Source: Longimicrobiales bacterium
Lineage (GTDB): Bacteria > Gemmatimonadota > Gemmatimonadetes > Longimicrobiales > Gaopeijiaceae
NCBI GenBank assembly: GCA_965238005.1
Contig: OZ250165.1
Coordinates: forward strand, 1,024,001-1,088,000
Direction: 5' to 3'
DNA length: 64,000 nt
The notes under the pieces were generated by a model. That model saw only the letters and a program-made list of their open reading frames with translations, was not told where the DNA came from and made no database searches. The translations under genes and the position numbers were made by a program. Shown one piece after another: positions 1 to 9,012 of the stretch. Position 1 is the stretch's first letter. The number at the start of each line of letters is the position of its first letter.

Positions 1-1161
1 TGGGCTCCCGGTGACAACATCGTGCTCAAGTTCGGTGGCCAGCTTCGCCTCGCGCAGTCTGACTACAGGTATCGCAGCGAGATCGGTCAGGAGGTCCACC
101 AGGGAGGCGGCACGGTCGGGATCGAGGTCGACTCCGTCCGCGTGTCCCTCCGTCCGGAAGCAACAGAGACCAGCGTCTACCTGGCGACCCGAGTGCAGCC
201 CCACGATCGACTGACGCTCGAGCTGGGGGCTCGGTACGACTACCGCAGCCACACGGCCGACTCCGACGTGGCGCCGAGAGTCCAAGCCGCCATCCAATTG
301 GCAGCGAATACGACGCTGCGTGCGAGCTTGGGGACGTACTACCAATCCCACGGGATAGAGGAGCTGTCCGTCGTGGATGGGGACACGGTGTTCTTCCCCT
401 CCGAACGCGCGGAGCAGGTCGCCGTGGGCATCCAGCATGTCTTCGAGGGGGGCGTGGAGGTGCGGGCCGAGGCCTACCATCGCACCGTCTCCGATCAACG
501 GCCGCGCTATCTCAACGTCATTCGCGAGATAATCCCCTTCCCCGAGGCCGGGAACGACAGGCTCCGTTTCCACCCCGAGCGAGGACGCGCCACGGGACTG
601 GAGCTCCTTTTTTCGGGACCCCTCGGTGGCCACTCCGATTGGTCGGCGAGCTACGTTGTGGCGCGGGCTGAAGACAGGCTGGAGGGCCGATGGATCCCGA
701 GGACGCTCGATCAGCGCCACACCTTGAACGCGCGCTGGCACTACAAGCCGAACAGCGACTGGGAGCTCTCGGCGGGTTGGCAATACCACACGGGATGGCC
801 GAGCACCCCCATGGAGTTCCAGGTCGACACGCTCGGGGTCGTCCCGGCCAACAACCCGCCACCCGGGACGCGATCTTGCAGCCCCGACTCGTGCATTCAA
901 CTGCTAGTGACCGAGCGGCCGGGCGAGATCAATGCCCGACGACTGCCGGCCTACCATCGAATGGATCTCCGTGTCACCCGGACTTTCCAGGTGGGCAGGG
1001 GCGCGTTGAGCGTCTTCCTGGACGTCTTCAACCTCTACAATCGGGAGAACCTGCGGTCCTTCGACTACAAGATCGACCTCCCGGAGGGGAGGGTGATTGC
1101 AAACAGGGGCGAAACGCTCCTGCCCATTCTGCCCTCGTTTGGTTTGACCTGGGAGTTCTGA
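1..1161 (+). CDS. TonB-dependent receptor, C-terminal part (5' end outside window)
   Basis: Beta-barrel motifs (LELGARYDY, RLPAYHRMDLRV, DVFNLYNREN) and terminal Phe (LTWEF). Confidence 0.85.
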   Translation, partial: WAPGDNIVLKFGGQLRLAQSDYRYRSEIGQEVHQGGGTVGIEVDSVRVSLRPEATETSVYLATRVQPHDRLTLELGARYDYRSHTADSDVAPRVQAAIQLAANTTLRASLGTYYQSHGIEELSVVDGDTVFFPSERAEQVAVGIQHVFEGGVEVRAEAYHRTVSDQRPRYLNVIREIIPFPEAGNDRLRFHPERGRATGLELLFSGPLGGHSDWSASYVVARAEDRLEGRWIPRTLDQRHTLNARWHYKPNSDWELSAGWQYHTGWPSTPMEFQVDTLGVVPANNPPPGTRSCSPDSCIQLLVTERPGEINARRLPAYHRMDLRVTRTFQVGRGALSVFLDVFNLYNRENLRSFDYKIDLPEGRVIANRGETLLPILPSFGLTWEF

Positions 1162-1179
1162 CCGGGACCGGCCGGAGGC

Positions 1180-1440
1180 GTGTGCACCCTCGGGGGAGCG
1201 GACCTTGACGTGCGCAGCCGAAGTGTTCCGCTACCAACGTCGGCGATCGTCACGACCGGGCCGTATCAGTTCAGTCGCAATCCGATCTATCTGGCATTCA
1301 CGCTCCTCCAGCTTGGCATCGGGTTCTGGGTCAACAGCGCATGGGTCGTCGGCATGCTCGTCCCGACGCTCCTCGTCATGTCGTATGGCGTCATCGCCAG
1401 GGAGGAGAGGTACCTGGAGAGGAAGTTCGGAGAGGAGTAA
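1180..1440 (+). pseudogene. Isoprenylcysteine carboxyl methyltransferase/PEMT family fragment
   Basis: TTGPYQFSRNPIY and EERYLERKFGEE motifs; lacks N-terminal helices and C-terminus compared with paralog at 4565-5032. Confidence 0.7.
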
Positions 1441-1457
1441 GCCACGAGGGCGAGCCG

Positions 1458-2021
1458 TCAGCGGCCGAATACCTTCCTGTCCGCGACCCCAAGAGCCGTC
1501 ACGAGGAGGACCGCCGCCAGGACGGACAAGGTCCACGGGTTGAGATAGGGGTACCGCATGAGCAACGGCGCATCGCCAAAACTCAGCAGGGCGCCAACGA
1601 ACGCACCGAGGATCCCGACTGGGACGTACACCGCCACCTTCCAGCTGAGGTGACGTGCGGCCACGAGCCCGATGGTTGCGCCCGCCCCCAGCACATGGAG
1701 CAGGATCGGGAAGAAGAGCATCGAGGCCACCACGCTCCAGAATATGACCCCGGCAGCGACCAATAGCCCGCCGATCCACACCTTGTCCCGCCGCACGGCG
1801 TATGCCGCCAAGAGCAGGCACGCCACGGGCACCCATCCGACGTACTGAAACCGCGGCGTCGCGGTCAGATACAGCGAGGCCGGTAACACCAAGAGCGCGC
1901 CGCCGATCAGCAGGGATGCGCGTTGCCGGACGAGTCCGAGGCCGGAGGCCACCAGGCCCACAACAATGGCAGACCAGAAGATCAGGGCAAGCCAGTACGG
2001 CAGGGAAGGCAAAAAAAGCAT
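1458..2021 (-). CDS. Multi-pass membrane protein
   Basis: About 6-7 hydrophobic segments; ATG at 2021 directly follows upstream gene. Confidence 0.6.
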   Translation of the reverse strand: MLFLPSLPYWLALIFWSAIVVGLVASGLGLVRQRASLLIGGALLVLPASLYLTATPRFQYVGWVPVACLLLAAYAVRRDKVWIGGLLVAAGVIFWSVVASMLFFPILLHVLGAGATIGLVAARHLSWKVAVYVPVGILGAFVGALLSFGDAPLLMRYPYLNPWTLSVLAAVLLVTALGVADRKVFGR

Positions 2022-2022
2022 G

Positions 2023-2514
2023 TCAGTCTCCCAAGGCCCGCACGTCACCCAACAGCGTGAAGCTCACCTCTTCGTCCAGGACGATCTCCGAATAGTCGAT
2101 GAAGATCCGGGTCGGGTGGCCACGGCTCGCATCGAACTCCACCTGGACCTCGTGAGCGTTCCGGTCGTACGCGCCCTGTACGAGATCGAAGAGGCCGTCG
2201 ATGGTCAGGTACCATTGCACCTCGTTGGGCTCCAACACCTCTCCCGTCACGAGGTCGGTGGCTCCAGCCACGGCTCCGTCCACCACGGTGACTTGGACTC
2301 CCTCCCTGAAGGGGCAAAGGCAGACCCGCCGTACGCCGTACGTGTAGTCCTCGAGGCCCTGGGCCTCCCAGAGCGCGCGTTGCCCACCCAAGCGATCCAT
2401 CACGGGGCCGGTCGAGTCATAGACGGGTCCCAACTCAGAGCCGATCGGGTTGTCGTCACCGCACCCCACCAGCACCGCAGCCACCACTGCAAGGACAAAA
2501 CCTGTCGATTTCAT
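2023..2514 (-). CDS. Lipoprotein, DUF6174-like
   Basis: Lipobox LVGC; W...GLEDYTY...CLCP, TIDGLF, DEE motifs. Confidence 0.65.
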   Translation of the reverse strand: MKSTGFVLAVVAAVLVGCGDDNPIGSELGPVYDSTGPVMDRLGGQRALWEAQGLEDYTYGVRRVCLCPFREGVQVTVVDGAVAGATDLVTGEVLEPNEVQWYLTIDGLFDLVQGAYDRNAHEVQVEFDASRGHPTRIFIDYSEIVLDEEVSFTLLGDVRALGD

Positions 2515-2704
2515 TGTGTACTCCGTATCTCAGTCCTGGCTAGGAGTTCTCATCGTGCATGGAAACGAATGAGGAGCCTCGAATGTGACGGGGGGGCCTC
2601 CGGCAAGCTCTACTCCGCCGTCACCAAGTATCGCCGCCCCGTTTCGGTTGGTGCGTCTAGTGCGGGTCCTGCTGAGCTAGTTCGCGGGTTGCGGAAGGGG
2701 ACCC

Positions 2705-3310
2705 TCAAGGGGCGTGCAAGCGAAGCCCTAGATGGACCCGCAACACGGCCGGGCCTTCGATCAACATGAGGCTCGAGACGGCCGTGCGGGCGAAGTCCAG
2801 CTCGCCCACCTTTACGATATCCCCTCCCAGGTCGAGGGTCAGAGTCCGGGCGACGCCTAGCCGCAGGCCCACCCCACCCCCGAATACCGCCGCCCAGGTG
2901 GTCGTCTCAGCCAAGAAGGAGTTCGTTCGGCTCTGCACGTTCGCTGCTACGCCCAACAGAGGGCGCGCGTACAGCGTGATGGCCGAGAGTGGCACGTAGA
3001 CCTCGGGGCCGAGCCCTAGGATCCATATCGTGTTGCCGGCTGTCTCGTCGTCGTTGGTGGTGCTGGCCAATGGAATCAGCATCCCATCCGCTCGAACCGA
3101 GAGGTTCCGCGCCACGCCGTGTGACGCCGTGAGGTCGACCCCGAAGCCGGAATCGAGGAAGTCGCTCGCGCTTCCGACCATCAGGCTCGCGCTGGCCGAG
3201 GCACCGACCGACCAGCCAGGGGCCGACTGTGCGGACGCCGGCGAGCCCGTGAGGGCAGCGGCGACCAGGATGCTCGAGAGCGGCAGGCGCGCTCGTTGGC
3301 GTTTGGGCAC
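2705..3310 (-). CDS. Outer-membrane beta-barrel protein
   Basis: Signal peptide (PASAQ), alternating amphipathic strands. Confidence 0.55.
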   Translation of the reverse strand: MPKRQRARLPLSSILVAAALTGSPASAQSAPGWSVGASASASLMVGSASDFLDSGFGVDLTASHGVARNLSVRADGMLIPLASTTNDDETAGNTIWILGLGPEVYVPLSAITLYARPLLGVAANVQSRTNSFLAETTTWAAVFGGGVGLRLGVARTLTLDLGGDIVKVGELDFARTAVSSLMLIEGPAVLRVHLGLRLHAP

Positions 3311-3448
3311 TTTGGCAACTCCGAATCGGGATTCGCAGGCTCACGCTTGATACACGACGGCCCCGAGCTCATGCGACATGGCCAGGTCGTCGGCTATCAT
3401 CACCGTAGAAACGCGTGAAATCGACTCGAGTACCAATCGGGTGACGCA

Positions 3449-3934
3449 CTACCTCACAGAAACCTCTCCCGCCGCCAGCTCAACCAGCGTCGCGTGCACG
3501 ATCGTCAGCGTGACGAAATAGTCACCTTCATCGGCATCCACGACGAACTCACGGGAGACGGATTCCTCGTCGCCCCCGCCGAGTTGGAAGATCAGAGCCG
3601 GTTCCTGACATGCGTCGAAGAGGTCGAAGGCGCTCCACACCAGCCGCCCGCCGCGCTCCGTGTAGACCCGCGGCCGGAACATGCAGTTGCCGCCCAAGAT
3701 GGCGGTCTGGGCCTCGAAGTCTGTTTCGTTCATCGCAGTCAGTGTCACCTCGATCGCATTCCCGGCCAGGGAGCTGACCGCGGCGGTCATGAGGATGCCG
3801 TCAGCACGGAATTCGTCTACGACTTCGGTCTCGGGACCTGATGGCGCGGCGGGCGAGTCGCAGGCGGCTACCAGGCTCACGACGGAATACACGAGATGTC
3901 GGATGACCCCGGGCGACAGCGTCAGTCTACGCAT
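3449..3934 (-). CDS. Putative lipoprotein with Ig-like domain
   Basis: VAAC lipobox, beta-rich mature region with Cys pair. Confidence 0.5.
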   Translation of the reverse strand: MRRLTLSPGVIRHLVYSVVSLVAACDSPAAPSGPETEVVDEFRADGILMTAAVSSLAGNAIEVTLTAMNETDFEAQTAILGGNCMFRPRVYTERGGRLVWSAFDLFDACQEPALIFQLGGGDEESVSREFVVDADEGDYFVTLTIVHATLVELAAGEVSVR

Positions 3935-4097
3935 GGGGAAGCTGGTTAGAGGAGTCTGTCTTAGGTAACGCCTCGGGTCGGGAGTTTGTGACAGGGCGGG
4001 AGGTGCCACTTGGTACTACTCCCGAGCTCACGCGTTCTCAGGGTGATGCATCCTTCAACACGAGGTCCAGGTCGATGAGCGCCCCTGTCCGACTCAC

Positions 4098-4508
4098 GTG
4101 GGTCCTATTGACGGTCGCCTACACGGCAATCGCCGTCGCCGTGTCCCGATTGTCGGCGACGGCGAAGGCGTCTGTTCCTTCGTTCACGTCGACGATGCGG
4201 CCGCTGCAACCGTGCTCGCGCTAGAGCACGGGGAGCCCGGCGCTTACAACGTCGTGGATGATGACCCAGCACGTGTCCGGATTTGGTTGCCGACCTACGC
4301 TCAACTCCTTGGGGCTGCTCGTCCATTTCGGGTGCCGCAACTCGTTGGCCGTCTGGGAGCAGGCGCTTACGGACTCTACTTCATGACTCAGCAGAAGGGT
4401 GCGTCCAACGAGAAGGCCAAGAAGCGACTTCGCTGGGAGCCACGTTACCCGAGCTGGCGAGAGGGTTTCGGCTCGGAGCTGGCAGGCCAGCCGGTCCCTG
4501 AATGGTGA
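4098..4508 (+). pseudogene. NAD-dependent epimerase/dehydratase C-terminal fragment
   Basis: GDGEGVCSFVHVDDAA, YNVVDD, SNEKAK..L.W.P.YPSWREG; Rossmann N-terminus missing. Confidence 0.75.
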
Positions 4509-4564
4509 GAGCCAAGCCTACTCAACACTGGGCACGGAACCGGGGCAGTCTACGCGTCAGCGAC

Positions 4565-5032
4565 TTACACCCAACGGCGCACCGAGGCCTTATACCGCAG
4601 ATACTCTTCGCCGAACCTTCTCTCTAAGTACTGCTCCTCGCGCAATATCACTCCGTAATGCATGACGATCAGGATCGGAACAAGACCGGCGACGATCCAC
4701 AAGTTGGCCGCCGCCACTCCTATCCCGACATAGAGCAAGCTCAACGCTACGTAGCCGGGATTGCGCGACAACCGGTACGGACCTCTCGTCACCAGGTGAG
4801 TGGCGGGCGCGAAGGTGCTAAAACTGGTGCTGGCTCTCCGAAACTGAAGAACCGCTGAAACGACGATCACACCGCTCAGCGCGACGATGGCGAATCCAGC
4901 GATGTACTGAACACTGGCCGGCAAAACCGTGACCGGACGCAAGTAATCCATCGCAAGTCCCATAAGCAGAAATGCCAGATAAATGAGTGGTGGAAGAGCT
5001 ACGACCACGGGTCTGTCTTCTCTATTTGTCAC
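4565..5032 (-). CDS. Isoprenylcysteine carboxyl methyltransferase family protein
   Basis: PPLIY, LVTRGPYRLSRNPGY, EEQYLERRFGEEYLRYKASVRRW. Confidence 0.85.
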   Translation of the reverse strand: MTNREDRPVVVALPPLIYLAFLLMGLAMDYLRPVTVLPASVQYIAGFAIVALSGVIVVSAVLQFRRASTSFSTFAPATHLVTRGPYRLSRNPGYVALSLLYVGIGVAAANLWIVAGLVPILIVMHYGVILREEQYLERRFGEEYLRYKASVRRWV

Positions 5033-5037
5033 ATCTA

Positions 5038-5249
5038 GCTCCCCGCTCTAGCTCCCCGCTCTTGCTCCCCGCTCTTGCTCCCCGCTCTTGCTCCCCGCTC
5101 TTGCTCCCCGCTCTTGGGCTCCCCGCTCTTGCTCCCCGCTCTTGCTCCCCGCTCTTGCTCCCCGCTCTTGCTCCCCGCTCTTGCTCCCCGCTCTTGGGCT
5201 CCCCGCTCTTGCTCCCCGCTCTTGCTCCCCGCTCTTGCTCCCCGCTCTT
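5038..5249. repeat. Tandem repeat, 16 copies of 13-mer GCTCCCCGCTCTT
   Basis: Counted directly; extra GG after units 6 and 12 gives an 80-bp higher-order period. Confidence 0.95.
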
Positions 5250-5645
5250 GGGCAGTCATATTGATCATCAAGACGCCCGTCCTCCCGACGCTTTCAGGTC
5301 CAAGCTTCCCGAACCGCCTCCCCGTAGAAGCACATAGACCGACACGATCATCACTACGGCCGGAATGATCGGCTCCTCGGGCTGGAGGGGGAACAGAGAG
5401 GGATCGTCTGCCAACAAGTGCACGTAGGTCGCCACGATCATGCTCCCCGCTCTTGGGCAGTCATATTGATCATCAAGACGCCCGTCCTCCCGACGCTTTC
5501 AGGTCCAAGCTTCCCGAACCGCCTCCCCGTAGAAGCACATAGACCGACACGATCATCACTACGGCCGGAATGATCGGCTCCTCGGGCTGGAGGGGGAACA
5601 GAGAGGGATCGTCTGCCAACAAGTGCACGTAGGTCGCCACGATCA
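5236..5645. repeat. 205-bp tandem duplication of the doxX 3' end
   Basis: 5236-5440 matches 5441-5645; TG microhomology at junction. Confidence 0.9.
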
Positions 5646-5937
5646 TGATGTTGAAAACAAGCAGGGTGGCGATCCGCGTGTAGAAGCCGATCAGCAGGGC
5701 AGCGCCGACGCCGATCTCGACGAGGGGCAAGACCCAGCGATTCAGGTCCTGGAGCGGGACGTTCGCCACCGCCAGCTGTCCCGCGAACGCCGCTCCCAAG
5801 GTGGGGACGACGAGCTTCATGACGCCGGTCATCACGAATAGGATTCCCAACCCGATTCGGATCCACCGGGCGACTCGGTCGTCTCGAGTTCTGCGAATGG
5901 ACTTCAGTGTCATGATCACGTGCTCCCGAAGCGTCAC
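5473..5937 (-). CDS. DoxX family membrane protein
   Basis: RIGLGILFVMTGVMK, EIGVGAALLIGFYTRIA, GSGSLD. Confidence 0.8.
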   Translation of the reverse strand: MTLREHVIMTLKSIRRTRDDRVARWIRIGLGILFVMTGVMKLVVPTLGAAFAGQLAVANVPLQDLNRWVLPLVEIGVGAALLIGFYTRIATLLVFNIMIVATYVHLLADDPSLFPLQPEEPIIPAVVMIVSVYVLLRGGGSGSLDLKASGGRAS

Positions 5938-7298
5938 GAAACCGGCTCGAGCGTGTCCAGTATCCAGGGCATGAGTTCGGACACGGTCGGGTGGACGAGC
6001 ACTGATTTCCGATAGTCCATGCAGGGTAGACCGCTGTACATGTAAGCCGCGAACATGTTGACGATCTCGTCACCGCCGGGTCCCAGGATCGCGGCACCCA
6101 GAATCTGATCCGTATCGCCGTCGACGAGGAGCTTGGCGAACCCGAGCGTCTCTCCCATCTCCTTGGCCCGGCTGATTCGGGACATCGGCCGCGTGGCTTT
6201 CATTACCTTGTGGCCCTTCGCGACGGCCTCCCGTTCGGTCATTCCGACACGACCGAGCGCGGGGTCGATGAAAAGCCCGTACACGGGGATCCGGTCCGAC
6301 AATCTCCTGGTGCCACCGCGCATCTGGTCGAGGACGATCTCGGCGTCGTTGACCGACGTATGGGTGAAGGCACCGTGTCCGTTGATATCACCCAGGGCGA
6401 AGACACCCTCCGCGCTGGTCTGGCAAAAATCGTCGACCTCGATGTACCCCCGTTCGTCGAGCTGGATACCGGCCGCTTCAGCGTTGAGCAGGTCCGAGTT
6501 CGGGACCCGCCCAACCGCGACGAGAAAGTGAGAGCCGGTCAGCTGGCGCTCGTCGCCACCCTGTACGATGGTGACCGCAACGCCCGCGCCATCGGGGGCG
6601 ACTCTCACCGCGCTCGAGTCCAGACAGAACTCAATGCCCTCCAGTTCCAGAATGTCCTTGATGGACTCCGCAACATCGGCGTCCTCTCGAAATACCAATT
6701 GAAATCCCGCCTCGATCACGGTGACCCGCGCGCTGAATCTTCGGAAGATCTGACTGAATTCGAGCCCGATGTAGCTCCCTCCCAGAATGATCAGGTGCTC
6801 CGGCACCTCGGTCAGCTCGAGGAGTCGGCCGTGATCCAGCCATGGAACGGTGTCCAGCCCTGGCATGTCGGGGACGCGCGGGCGTGCTCCGCCGTTGATA
6901 TAGATCCGATCGGCCGTGATCATCTCGTCCCCCACGCGAATCTGCCGCGGACCCTCGAATCGGCCCCAGTCCTCGAATAGGGTCACGCTCTCTGCCGAGG
7001 AGATCCACGAAACCATCCCGGTGGTGTCGCGAACGGCGTTCATGCGCGCACGCACGGCTTCAAAGTCTATCTCGAAGCCGTTCGGATGGATGCCGTACTC
7101 CGGTGCCCGCCTCATGATATGAGCCACCTTGGCGGTGGCCACGAGTGCTTTCGTGGGGGTGCAACCCGTGTTCAGGCAGGTGCCGCCTATTCGATCTCCT
7201 TCAATGACGGCGATCGAGTCTCCGGTGGGAAGGAGATCGCCCAGTAGGGTGCCCGTTGCCTGGCCGGTCCCGAGTATCAGGTGTTGAAAGTGACGCAT
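5934..7298 (-). CDS. Pyridine nucleotide-disulfide oxidoreductase (mercuric reductase/Lpd-like)
   Basis: GGTCLNTGCTPTK redox disulfide, GGSYIGLE, HPTVSE; no C-terminal Cys pair, so not true MerA. Confidence 0.9.
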   Translation of the reverse strand: MRHFQHLILGTGQATGTLLGDLLPTGDSIAVIEGDRIGGTCLNTGCTPTKALVATAKVAHIMRRAPEYGIHPNGFEIDFEAVRARMNAVRDTTGMVSWISSAESVTLFEDWGRFEGPRQIRVGDEMITADRIYINGGARPRVPDMPGLDTVPWLDHGRLLELTEVPEHLIILGGSYIGLEFSQIFRRFSARVTVIEAGFQLVFREDADVAESIKDILELEGIEFCLDSSAVRVAPDGAGVAVTIVQGGDERQLTGSHFLVAVGRVPNSDLLNAEAAGIQLDERGYIEVDDFCQTSAEGVFALGDINGHGAFTHTSVNDAEIVLDQMRGGTRRLSDRIPVYGLFIDPALGRVGMTEREAVAKGHKVMKATRPMSRISRAKEMGETLGFAKLLVDGDTDQILGAAILGPGGDEIVNMFAAYMYSGLPCMDYRKSVLVHPTVSELMPWILDTLEPVS

Positions 7299-7620
7299 GA
7301 CTGGGTCTCCGGGATGGTGGTTGTCACGATATCCATCGGCCGGCAGTGAAGCAAAGGGGTCCCGTGATGGTGAGCATGGTGCTGGTGCTGGGCGTCGTGG
7401 CCTTTGGGGCCGGCTACGTGCCGGCGGCTAGGGCCTCGAAGGTCGATGCGATGGTGGCGCCACGCGAACCGGAAGTCCGATCGATCTTCTGCGACGGGGT
7501 TGCCCAGGCGCTTGTGGCGAGAGCAGCACTGAACGAAGCTATCTGTTGGCAACCGGAACCTGCTCGCGCGCCTCAACGCACTGGCTGCTCCGGGCGGTAC
7601 TGGAGAAAGGACGACGACGA

Positions 7621-8655
7621 GTGATAGCGTTCTTCGAGAGCGATATCGTGCAGCGCGCGACGTTCCTGATCGGCGGACTGCTCCTGGGCCTGCTGACCGA
7701 GAGGGTCGTGTTGGACCGCCTTCGCAAGTTGGCGACGAAGACGGAGTTCAAGTGGGACGACCTGCTCGCCGACGCGCTTCGCGGCATCCCCACCGTCTGG
7801 CTGACGTCCGGAGGCGTCTACCTCGCGGTGGGCGTAGGCGAGCCGGACGATTTGGTCGTCTCGTTGGTCAACACCATCCTGACCGTCGCACTGATCGGCT
7901 CGGTGGTCGTGAGCAGCATGAGGGCGGTGGGAGGGGCCGTCGAGCAGGTTTCCGCCCGGTCGTCGTTCCGCTCTCCGACACTGATAGTGAACCTCGCGCG
8001 GCTGTCGGTCGGCGTGCTCGGCGTCTTCATCATCCTGCAGAACCTCGACGTCGACATCACGCCGCTGGTCACCGCGTTTGGCTTGGGCGGCCTTGCCGTC
8101 GCTCTCGCACTCCAGGACACGCTCGGCAACCTGTTCGCCGGCGTGCAGATCATCCTGTCGGGGCAGGTGCGGCCCTTCGACTACGTGCGGCTGGCCAGCG
8201 GTGAAGAGGGATACATCACCGACGTGAAGGGACGGAACACCACGGTCCACACGTTCCCGGACGGCAACCTCGTGGTGGTACCCAACTCGACTCTCGCTAA
8301 CTCGATCGTGAAGAACTACAGCAAGCCCCGCCAGGCGCTGTGGGTGAGCACCGAAGTAGGGGTGTCGTACGACAGCGACCTGGAACACGTCGAGGCCGTC
8401 ACAACGGAGGTGGCGACGGGGGTGCTCTCGGACATGGAGGGTGGTCTGTCGGACAAGCCGATCGTCATCTTCCACACGTTCGGCGCATCCTCCATCGACT
8501 TCGAGGTGCGCATGATGGTAAAGGACTTCATGAGCCGGGGCCGCGTGCGGCATGAGTTCATCAAGCGCTTGCACCGGCGGTTCGCCGAGGAGGACATCGA
8601 GATCCCCTTCCCGATCCGTACCGTGGTGATGCAGGGCCCGAGTGAACCCGCCTAG
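7621..8655 (+). CDS. Small-conductance mechanosensitive channel (MscS family)
   Basis: GLGGLAVALALQDTLGNLFAG, VPNS, VGVSYDSDL, IEIPFP. Confidence 0.9.
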   Translation: MIAFFESDIVQRATFLIGGLLLGLLTERVVLDRLRKLATKTEFKWDDLLADALRGIPTVWLTSGGVYLAVGVGEPDDLVVSLVNTILTVALIGSVVVSSMRAVGGAVEQVSARSSFRSPTLIVNLARLSVGVLGVFIILQNLDVDITPLVTAFGLGGLAVALALQDTLGNLFAGVQIILSGQVRPFDYVRLASGEEGYITDVKGRNTTVHTFPDGNLVVVPNSTLANSIVKNYSKPRQALWVSTEVGVSYDSDLEHVEAVTTEVATGVLSDMEGGLSDKPIVIFHTFGASSIDFEVRMMVKDFMSRGRVRHEFIKRLHRRFAEEDIEIPFPIRTVVMQGPSEPA

Positions 8656-8723
8656 CGCAGACCCAGTCGAAGAGCTCCTTACCCTGACTCCCTGAGATGA
8701 CCGACAACACCCTGACTTCCTGA

Positions 8724-8840
8724 AATGACCGATCACCTGATCACGCCCCACGGCGGCGAGCTCTTGGACCTCGTCGTCGATCGCGAGCGAGGGGACGAGC
8801 TCAGGGCCACATCGTTGGACTGGCCCTCGTGGGATCTCAC
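8724..8840 (+). pseudogene. sat: Sulfate adenylyltransferase N-terminal fragment
   Basis: MTDHLITPHGGELLDL...SLDWPSWDLT resembles the Sat N-terminus; ends abruptly. Confidence 0.65.
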
Positions 8841-8854
8841 CAGGGAGCGCATAG

Positions 8855-9012
8855 ATGCGTACCAAGGGAACAGTGAAGTGGTTTAACGACCAGAAGGGCT
8901 TTGGGTTCATCACGGCGGAGGACGGCAGCAAGGACTGCTTGTCCACCACAACTCGATTCAGGCGGAGGGCTTCAAGTCCCTCGCTGAGGGAGCCTCGGTG
9001 GTAGCGCTGTAG
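8855..9012 (+). pseudogene. Cold-shock protein, frameshifted and truncated
   Basis: [28 protein letters not shown], then in another frame [17 protein letters not shown]. Confidence 0.85.

Noticed and set aside
5038..5249. Possible CRISPR array
   Set aside because: Contiguous 13-mers without unique spacers; no cas genes.
5934..7298. Mercury resistance merA
   Set aside because: Lacks the C-terminal Cys-Cys pair, the NmerA domain and other mer genes.
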